A stretch of 63,502 nt of DNA, the filler included. It is 10 parts of 10 records of this genome, joined end to end, with 100 filler letters (N's around TTAATTAATTAA, not from the genome) between each part and the next. Parts side by side here need not be neighbours in the genome. Positions count along the whole stretch, not along the records: positions 6,534 to 15,429 come from SRR15195285_709; positions 15,530 to 27,204 come from SRR15195285_710; 8 more parts are not named here. One strand, 5' to 3'. Each line of letters starts with the position of its first letter. Position 1 is the first letter of the stretch. A program made the position numbers and the translations under genes. Of this stretch, positions 9,601-19,000 are shown piece after piece. The notes under the pieces are model-generated. The model saw only the letters and a program-made list of their open reading frames with translations. It ran no database searches and was not told the origin of the DNA.

Positions 9601-12293
9601 CGATGCGACCTACGGACAAGGAACGAAGCCTGCTGTCTTGATTGTAATTGACCCGCAAGAGTACGAGGCTTACCACGGTCACTGGCCGCACCACCTCTTT
9701 TTCTTGTTGCCCGAAAGCAACCGCGGTGTTGGGTACGCCCGGCATGTGTTCAAGGAGTTTGCGCTGAGTGGTCGTGCAGTGCAGGACCAGACGAAGCTTG
9801 CGTTTCCATTCTACTACGAAATTGACGATCTGATGTACCATTTCCGTGAGCTTGTGCGCGACGACAACGGCGTCAAACAGTTCGGCACGAAATCACGGCC
9901 GAATCTGCTTCGCTCTATGCTCAGCCTTCAACGACTACCTGACCTGCAGAAGTATGGACTGCTTGGTGTGGGAAGGGACCGAGGACCAATTGCGGGGAAG
10001 GCGAACGAGTTTGCGGTCAACACAATGTCCATCTACAAGTTTCGCCTCATCAATGTCGATCTTACTCGGGATGTGCACTACGTTCCACAGCTGAAGAAGT
10101 TCGAAGACATAGCTTTCAACTACCAGCTGCTTAAGGACGGTGGAGGTGCTGGCTCATATATACCGACGTTTAAATCTTTCAAGTTTGTTGCAAGGGCCTC
10201 GCTTCGGAGCGGTGGAGGTGCGGCCGCTGGGCGGCAACGCCTAACGCGTCGTTGTCAGCCCGAAGATCTGTTGGAGTCAGGGACCCAGCTCGATCAGCTG
10301 CGCGTTGAGCATCAACAAATCGTGCAGGAGCTGGTTCAGTGGGTGCGTGACAAGCAGGACGAGGATGTGCGCCGTGCCAAGCGGCGGCAAGACGCTATTT
10401 TGGCGGCCGCAGCAAACGGTGGCGCGACTCCCGCCGCTGCTGTAACTAGCACGGCCGATCTGAGTGATGACGAAGACGAGGAGGAAAACGACGATCGACG
10501 TCTGGACTTCTCGCGCGATGGGTTCGCATCACTGACTTCGAAGCTTTTTGCACACCAAAAGAGCGCAGTTCGATGGCTGGTCAAAGTGGAGAAGACCCCG
10601 GGCTTACACGGCGGCATTCTGGCAGACGAAATGGGCCTGGGCAAAACGATCACGCTGCTTGCCCTCATTGCGGGCAATACTCCGGCAAATCGAGATGGCA
10701 GTCGACTGCCAACATTGGTTGTGTTGCCGCTCTCACTACTTAACCAATGGGACCGTGAAATACGGATACACACGCATGGTCTGAAGACGCTTGTGTACTA
10801 TGCCGAGGGGCGCGCAGCGAGTGCCACACAGCTTGCAGAACACGAGATCGTGCTAACGACGTACGATGTCCTCGTAAATGACGACGAGTCGTCAAACGTG
10901 GATGATGGGTCTCATTCCCAGGCGTCACAGGATATCTCACGCGGTGCGCTGCGTGGCGTTAAGTGGCATAGGCTTGTCTGTGACGAGGCTGCATTTATCA
11001 AAAATTTAGATACGCAGCGGGCCAGGGCAGTGTACCGGCTGAAAAAGTCACATGTGTGGCTCGCGACTGGCAGTCCCGTGCAAAACAATATCAAGGAGCT
11101 GCAGACACTGTTGCGGCTGTGCAATTTCAGCGGGTCTTTCGTAGACCGGGACTGGCGTAGCCTTTGCAGACACGTCATGCTGCGGCGCACGATGGCATCA
11201 GTAGCTGGCGAGGTTGGCTCTGCAGGCAGCGGCCTGAAGATGCCAAAGCTTGAGGAGACGACGGTCACCTTGAGGTGGATCACTGATAAAGAGGGTGACA
11301 CGTATGAAAAGCTTGCATCCAAGGCTAAGGCTGTCAAAGGTGCCGTACATCACGAGCTGCTGTCGAATGTGATGCGCATGCGCCAGGCATGTAATCACCC
11401 GAGCTTGGCCACAGTGGTGGACCGGGAGGATACAGTGGAGGTGGATGAACACGTTGGTGGCGGGCCCGCGGCAGGAGCTGCAGCGAACAGCTTTGCCCTG
11501 GACGCTGAGGGCAGTCTTGTCGAGAGTGATGACGAGACCATTGGAACAAGCGACAGCAAGTACGAGTGTGCGAAACTGACAGCTTTGATGAAGGTACTAG
11601 ATGAGGCTAAGGTGCGAGTGGGCCCAGCAGATATCATTTCTACGCTTGCGTTTCTTGCGTTGTTTGCCTCGTTTTGATATGTGTGCGTGTTTCGCTTTAG
11701 GTGTCTGGGGAGAAGGTCCTCGTGTTTTCGTTCTTCAAGCGTTTTCTTGACCTGGTCGCTGTTGCACTGGTGGAGCGTAACATCGCGCCAAACCGGATCG
11801 TGCGACTGCACGGATCAATGCCCGCACATGGTGAGCCGATTGTGGTCTGTCATTATCGTTGACTTCGCTGCTTCTTGCGTCACACTGTACCTTCTCCTAA
11901 TGCTGCCTTGGGCACCGCTTGAGATTCTATTCCTGACGATGTGGCATTGCTGGCGCAGCTCGTGACGCTGAAGTGCAGCGTTTCCGCACCGAGCGCACAG
12001 CAGATATTTTCCTGATATCGACCAAGGCAGGTGGTCTGGGACTCAATTTGACCGCCGCTTCAACTGTCATAATCCTCGAACCTGGCTGGAATCCAACCGA
12101 CGAGGAGCAGGCTGTGCGTCGGGCGTATCGTATCGGGCAGCTTCGTCGTGTGCGTGTTGTGCGGTTTGTCATGCACAACACGATCGAGCAGCAAGTGGTG
12201 CGCTTGCAGAAGGAGAAGCAGACGCTGGCTGCCAGCGTCCTCACGTCGAGTGCGCTGCACCGCATGATCCAACATTCGCAAGAAGCAGCATGA
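6680..12293 (+). CDS. SAM-SHOCT-BRCT-GREB1/TAGT-like glycosyltransferase-SNF2 ATPase/helicase-C fusion protein
   Basis: Exons about 6680-6769, 6860-11611, 11701-11830 and 11959-12293. SAM: LGEWL..YEATLRAEG..E|DL..LTEQHLGELGL. SHOCT: LKELYEKQLITREVYEAKQKELL. BRCT: IFTGMSF..GG..THIVT..DWITQCL. GT domain ~9520-10220. SNF2 motifs: LFAHQ, GGILADEMGLGKT, DEAA, TGSPVQN, QACNHP, KVLVFS, STKAGGLGLNL, WNP, QAVRRAYRIGQ. Confidence 0.85.
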
Positions 12294-12454
12294 ATGGCGA
12301 TTGTCGAAACGTGGTGGTCGCTGTCGACTGTGCAGGGGTCGATGCTTGGTTGTTGCAACCTCAATACAAAGAAAGTCAGTGACTTTCTGCGTGCGCTCAC
12401 TTGCGCCACGCATTACACTACACGCACACGCGCGCTCGTGGTCGCCGGCGTTAG

Positions 12455-12976
12455 TTACTCTCCATCACCGCCAAACAACGAGTAGAAGAGCATGACGAGC
12501 AGCAGGACCACAACCCCGGCGATCGCTCCTGTGAGCTTCCAGTTCTTGAACATTTCTGCCTTCTTCGCTTTCGTTGCGTCCAAATTGAAGGCTTTCGACT
12601 GGCCTTTCATCATCGCTGCCTTTTCCTCCACCTCTTGCGTAGACTCGATGTTGGTTGCTAAGCTAGTGATATTATCGCTCATCACCTGCTTGCCCACCTC
12701 TACCCCAGCTTGCACCGCCGCGAGCTTGTCGGCAGTCTCCAGCGGAGTTGTCTCCGTCGAGACCTGCAGCACATGTCAGCTCTTCGGTCAGTCAGGCAGC
12801 GACCGAGTGGGCGAACACAAAGGATGCAATTCCATGCTACTACTGCGCCGAACACAGCACCACGCAACGGATGGGGCTCGTGGGTACACGACGTGTGCAG
12901 CGCTTCACACCCGCGCGCGCACACGCACACATACCTCCACAGAGTCTCGCCCAATGTCCTCCAGTCCCTGCGGCAT
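12455..12976 (-). CDS. Short R-SNARE (synaptobrevin/VAMP)
   Basis: Exon 1 12976-12935 (MPQGLEDIGRDSVE), GT-AG intron, exon 2 12763-12455. SNARE coil VQAGVEVGKQVMSDNI..KSKAF-like, then KNWKL and a C-terminal TM helix. Confidence 0.8.
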
Positions 12977-13881
12977 CTCGACCGTCCTGCAAGCGACTCC
13001 GACGGACGCGACCGGGCCAGCCAACCACCCGCAGTCTGTGATCGCCTTAGCCCGTCTGCGTTCCGTCTGCCGTCGACGACTGAAGGCCGACAGAGCCAGC
13101 CAGCGATCCTCGCCCGCCGAGCGCCAACGAGCTATCGATACGGCTGCGTGGTCGGGAGTGTGCGTCGAGCGAGCGAGCGCGCAGCGATGATCTCGCTCGC
13201 GCGCTCGAGAACGTCAGCGAGAACGACACCACTCACCCGCCGGCGCCACGGCGCCACCGTTCGCGTTCCCACGTTCCGCAAGAATCAAGAATCATTAACG
13301 GTTCCGGCGGAATCTGATTCAGAGGGTGCAGGGCTCCGGGGCGCTCAGCAACCATCGCCATTTTTTGCCTCATTCGGTGCACCTAGGGCGTGACTCCCAG
13401 CAGCCGAGAGTCGGCCAGTGACCCGAGCACTTCGCGCCGTCTAGCACGCCGTATTCGCCCTCGCGAGCTGATAGCTAAGCACGCCCGCCCAGAACCACGA
13501 CGACAGGCGAAATAGCAGACGTCGGAGACGTACAGAGGCCTGCGACGACAACTGCACGATACCATGGCGCAGCCAGATCTAGTACGATGTCGTGTCTACA
13601 GGTACGGTAGTCTAGAGCTATCGAGTGTGACCCAACAGAGTCGCTCTTGTGCTACTTCTAGCTCCTGATTTTGAAAGTGTTTCATCCACTCTTCCCCCAC
13701 ACCTCATTCGAAATAATGCTATATTGAATTTGGCTGTTCATGTGCATTGTAGTGAGTAGTGAGAACACGACCCTCTCTCTTTAGCTAGCTTCCCAGCTCT
13801 CTTGCGCACGCCGCGCTCATGTTGTTGGCAGTTTGTGGCACGATATGCTCCTACAGGAGCGTGGCACGCATAGTGCACGAA

Positions 13882-15090
13882 TCAGATCTTAGAGCTGCAC
13901 GGGCCACACCTGGCACTGCCGTCTACATCTTCGTCTTCAGGTACCACCACCACCTCTACCCACCAAGGATGCCTGCCTGTGCCATATCTCTTCATAGGTT
14001 CAAGACTCCCTGTCTCGACGTCAAAGCACAAGCAGGTGATAGTATCACACTCTTCCCCCGCGCTGTAGAGAAAACGTCCATTCCCTGGTTCAAAATCGAA
14101 AGAGCGTGGTGTAGCGTCAACCGTTGTGCAGCCTACGCGCGTCATCCATCCAGTGTGCTCGTCAATTGCAAACACGGCAAGCGAATTATGCCCTCGGTTC
14201 GCCACGACAAGCCACTTCCCGCTCGGGTGTATCACTAGTCGTGCAGCGGCACACTCCGCCGAGTGTTCGCTCGTGCCCCGCTCATCAAAATCATCGGGGT
14301 GCGACGAAACCGTTTGTAGGACAGCCAGCCGACCAGAATTGCGGTCATAGCTGTAGCACGTGGCGGAATTATCTTGCTCGTTGGAAGAGTAGGCGAAACG
14401 AAAGTCTGGGCGGAAGCGCAGATGTCGCGGCCCCACCTCGTCGCCCAATGCACGAGCGGCTGTCCTGTCGCCACCACGGACACACAGCGTCGGCACAGTG
14501 GAGTGAGGGATGAGCTGACCAGTATCGTCGTCACTTAGAGAAAACTGGTAGACTGCATCGCCAACTGGACCAGTCTCGCCTGGCCATGTACCACCAGCAT
14601 GCGGGATGAAGATGTGACGATTGGTAGGTCCTACTGCCACACCATGTGCATGCCGGGCGGTACGGACGACGCAGGACGCAGGACGGCGGGCGGGGGCTGC
14701 AGCGCTGATACCAGTTTCGGACCCATCATCAACGGAGTCAGTACCATTGCCCAGTGGGAATGTCGCGACGCAGCCGCTGCGGTAGAAGGGAACGATCAGA
14801 TGTTGGCCCTTGAGATCAGTCGCCAAATACGCTGGATCCTCGAGCCCTGTATCTAACACGTGCAGTGGCAGCGGCCTGCCAGCACTGTCGAGCTTGAAGC
14901 TGCATATGCGACCGGTGTCATGCGTGGCCACGTACAGAGTGCGCCCGTCAGGGGACGAGCCGATACCAGCTCCGTGACCGGGCAACGGCACACTACCGCA
15001 GAGCTCCAATTCTCCACGGTCGGCCTCATCGACACGGTACCACACCAGTGCATCTTCGCCGTACAGTGTGGAGTAAAGGAAGACCCCCAT
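13882..15090 (-). CDS. Lactonase, 7-bladed beta-propeller (6-phosphogluconolactonase Pgl/YbhE family), intronless, ends -SKI
   Basis: Motifs SPDGRTLY, PAYLATD, HAHGV, GPRHLRFRPD, HPSGKWLVVANRGHNSLAVF, TPRSFDF, TGRHPWWV. Confidence 0.88.
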   Translation of the reverse strand: MGVFLYSTLYGEDALVWYRVDEADRGELELCGSVPLPGHGAGIGSSPDGRTLYVATHDTGRICSFKLDSAGRPLPLHVLDTGLEDPAYLATDLKGQHLIVPFYRSGCVATFPLGNGTDSVDDGSETGISAAAPARRPASCVVRTARHAHGVAVGPTNRHIFIPHAGGTWPGETGPVGDAVYQFSLSDDDTGQLIPHSTVPTLCVRGGDRTAARALGDEVGPRHLRFRPDFRFAYSSNEQDNSATCYSYDRNSGRLAVLQTVSSHPDDFDERGTSEHSAECAAARLVIHPSGKWLVVANRGHNSLAVFAIDEHTGWMTRVGCTTVDATPRSFDFEPGNGRFLYSAGEECDTITCLCFDVETGSLEPMKRYGTGRHPWWVEVVVVPEDEDVDGSARCGPCSSKI

Positions 15091-15429
15091 ACTCGTAGGA
15101 GATCGGCCAACCTGCGTCGGTACTAGAGTCCTACAGCTGGACAGCTGTACGGGACCTGGATCGCGCCAGGCCAGGGATACTCAAGCGAGGTAGCCTGATC
15201 TAATTGCCGTAGAAGCTACGTACTCCGTCGCACGCGTCAGGGTCAGCACCGCGCGCGCGCGCGCGCGGCCACGCACGGGCGCCACGCACGCACCCGCGCG
15301 CGTTTTATTCATTTTTTCGTATTTTGACTTCTGGTCAACCTGGGTACTGCGAGCGCTGGGTGCTTCCTGAAAACTCGTAGGATAAATGGGGGACACAGGG
15401 ATACTGGCAAACGTGATTTGGCGGTCTTT

Positions 15430-15529
15430 NNNNNNNNNNNNNNNNNNNNNNNNNNNNNNNNNNNNNNNNNNNNTTAATTAATTAANNNNNNNNNNNNNNN
15501 NNNNNNNNNNNNNNNNNNNNNNNNNNNNN
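15430..15529. other. Artificial contig linker
   Basis: N-run/TTAATTAATTAA/N-run. Confidence 0.97.
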
Positions 15530-15909
15530 ATATATCAGCACTCCTCCGATTAGGGGATAGCTAGCTAGGGACCCTCTCTACCGTACAGCTGTACAGTGCT
15601 ACTATGGTACAGTACAGTAGTAGGATCCTACAGTAGTGGAATGACGTACCGGTACCGGGATCCCAGCCGCACATGCGCTACTATTTATAATAGTACGTAC
15701 TACAGTAGTAGGCACATTGCAGCAGCTGTTCTCACCCGCGGCGACCGAAGTGGTTTTCAAGGTTGGTCGGGTGGATACATTATAAGCTCGTATTCATGGA
15801 TCTGCAACTACGGTATTATACCATAATAGTACATACTAGCTAGTACAGCGGGGAATGTCGAATGACCATTTTGCGGTCGTGATCTCCAGTAGGCTGTCCT
15901 CAGCTGGTT

Positions 15910-15959
15910 GGGCTGCGTGGTTGGGGGGTGGGGCTGCGTGGTTAGGGGGTGGGGCTGCG
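15910..15959 (+). repeat. G-rich tandem repeat, 21-bp unit, ~2.4 copies
   Basis: GGGCTGCGTGGTTGGGGGGTG / GGGCTGCGTGGTTAGGGGGTG / GGGCTGCG. Confidence 0.75.
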
Positions 15960-16045
15960 GGCTCTTCATCTGAGGGTTGCACCGGCTCGCTCGCCTGCTT
16001 GGGCAGGCTCTCTGGACCGCCTGCGGGACCTTGCTCCTTGGGGGG

Positions 16046-19000
16046 ATGATGAAGGCGGCGTGCTCGCTGCTGGCGGTGCTGGCCGCCGGGGTTTTCGGGC
16101 CGGGAGGGGTGGAGGGACAGACGGCGCATGTGGCGGGCGTGTGCGGCTGGGATCTGAACAGTGACGGGCTTGTCAGCACGAACGACTTGCTCTACCTGCT
16201 GGCGGTGTTTGGGGACGACGTGGGGGGCAACCCGTCCGTGGCCATCGCGGATGGCAACGGCGATGGACGGATCGGCACCAATGATCTGCTCGGTCTCTTG
16301 GCCTTCTTCGGCCGCTCGTGCGAAGACCTGGCCGCCCCCCCACCTCCGCCGCCCGTCACCCCAGAGGCCGCGGCCGCCGAGTTCGAGGCGGCGCTTGCGG
16401 CCGTTGCCAACGACCCAACCGCGCCGTTGGTCGCCATCGCCTCGGTCATTACGTTCGAGGGCGACGTGTCCATGGTGGCCGAGGGCCAGGCTCGCGACGA
16501 GTTCGAAGAAAGCTTCACGATCAACATGGCTGCATCTTTCGGAGACGGTGCGCAGAGACGAGCCTCCGCGCTTATCTGGGGCGCTTCGCGCGCGGGGCGG
16601 GGGCGTAGGGAATGGAAGGGAAGGGAGGGGTGGGCAGCAGCAGCGACAACACCTCACGCGCTCTTACAGCTGTACAAGGTTCTGCGTTTAACACGACTGT
16701 GCTGTGATGGTCGCAGGCAGCACTGTCACGCCCGAAATGGTGGTCGTGGACGAAATACGCGGTGGAAGGTAAGGCATCCCATGTCTCGCAACTTGTGATT
16801 CTCTCAACGCCAGTCAAGGCTCCTCTGACCCTGCAGAAATCTGCGCCGTGGTTTGACAGCATCGTAGTGCTGTTCCACATCAACGTCCCCGAGGCGCTTG
16901 CCGACACTGGCACTTCGCTGGTCCAAGGGCTCATAGACTCGGGCGAGACCATAGAGATCTCAACCTCGTTCTCTTCCTTTGCCGCCGACACAGCGACTAT
17001 GGAACGCCCGACAGTCGCGCCAGCGACTGTCGACTGCGTCGGATCTTGGGTGGCTGATGGAGAATGCAGCGAACCTTGCGGTCCTGACGGAGTCGTGAGC
17101 AGCTCGTTTGTCGTCACGCTCGTAGCCCAGAACGGCGGCGCCGATTGCAACGCAGCGGATGGTGACACTGCCACTGAAGCTTGCAACACGAACGTGCAGT
17201 GCCCGATTGATTGCGATGGTGTGTGGACCGAGTGGTCTGTCTGTCCAGTTCCGTGCGGCGGCGGGACATCCATCCGATCCTACACCATTCTGGCTGAGGC
17301 ACAGCACGGAGGCACATGCGATCTAGCAGATGCAGTGGAGACCCAGGACTGCAACACCGACCCGTGCCCGCCCCCGCCCGCGGAGCCGACCGACTGTGTC
17401 GGAGGTAAGCACGCACTCACGCCCCTGGCCGTCGTGCCCGAAATACACCTAAACCCTTCCATTTTTGTGCAGACTGGGGCGAGTACAGCGCCTGCAGCCA
17501 CCCCTGCGCACCAGCCGGCGAAATGACGCGCCAGTTCGACACCACCGTGGCGGCATGGGGTGGCGGAGCAGAGTGCATGGGAAATATCGCCGTTGGCAAG
17601 CGGTCGAGTGCCAGCTCCGAGGCCTTCGGTGGGTTGGCGTGGAAAGGAAACGATGGAAATACGAACGGCAACTACGGCGGCGGAAGCTGTACTCACACCC
17701 AGGGCGGGCCGAGTTGGTGGCAGGTCGACCTGGCCGGTGTCTACAACATCTCATCTGTCGAAATTTACCACCGTTCTGGCATGTGCGGGTCAAATCCGTG
17801 CGCGGCTCGGGGGGCGAACTCCAAGGTCTACATCAGTGACACGCCGGACTACAGTACGGGCTCAATGTGTGATATGGAGGGATACACCACCGAAACACCT
17901 TCCAGCGAAATCTCGTGCAACATGGCGACGGCCCAGTATGTTACCATAGCGCCAGTCGTTACTGTGTGTGAGGTCGAGGTCAACGTTCCGCTCCATGCGG
18001 GTCGCGTCGACACGCAGCCATGCAACACCGAGACCCTGTGCCCGATCGACTGCGAAGGTTACTGGCGCTCCTGGAGTTTGTGCTCCGAGACGTGCGAAGG
18101 CGGCACACAGACGCGGTATTTCGAAGTCACGACCCCGAATCAGCACGGCGGACTGTGCCCTGAAACCGACGCGGGGACACAGGAACAGGAGTGCAACACC
18201 CAGCCCTGCCCAATCGATTGCGTGGGCGAGTGGCAGGATTGGAGCGACTGCTCTCTCGCGTGCGGCGGCGGCGTTCAGACTCGCGGCTTCACTATCACAC
18301 AAGCAGCACAGTTCGATGGCATCTGTACACATGAAGGCGTCACTCAAGAGCAGGCCTGCAACCAGATTCCGTGCTCGCCAGACGGCACACCCGCGGAAAT
18401 TGTGCTGGCAGACGGCCTTGAACTTCAAGCCAATCTGCAGTACGATCTGCCGTTCAGCGCACCGAACATGCTGGCGACGCTGTGGCGTGTCGAAGCTGAT
18501 GCCAGAGAGTACGAGGTTGGTCGCAGCTATGATGCCAATGAGTGGGAAGGGGTGCCGCCGACCCCGCTGAGCTTCGACTGCTCTGCTGGCGATAAGTGCC
18601 AGGTTGTTCTACCAGCGGACGGCTCGGGTGGTGACGTTTACAGGATCGACGTCATCGAACGTGATGATAGCCGCACGGATGACATGATTCTGGCCCAGTT
18701 CCTGATGAGTGCAACCTTCGGACAGACTCGCGCCTCGATTGACCAGATTCGGAGCATGGGCTCTACCAACGACGAGCGAATTACTAACTGGCTGGATGCT
18801 CAGATGTCGCTGCCTGCTGGCCTGCATCGAGCATACTGGCGTAGAAACGTGAACACCCCAGTGAGCACGCCGAATCGTCAGTCGGGACCTAGCCACCCGT
18901 GCCAAGAAAACAGCCTGTGGCATCGATTTGCATTCTCGGAGAGGGACCAGGGCAGAATCGTCGATGTGACGGAAACGACAGAGGGCTACAGTCTGTCGAT

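Noticed and set aside
13165-13208. 15-bp imperfect inverted repeat upstream of VAMP
   Set aside because: Built from low-complexity GC/GA dinucleotides; likely chance.
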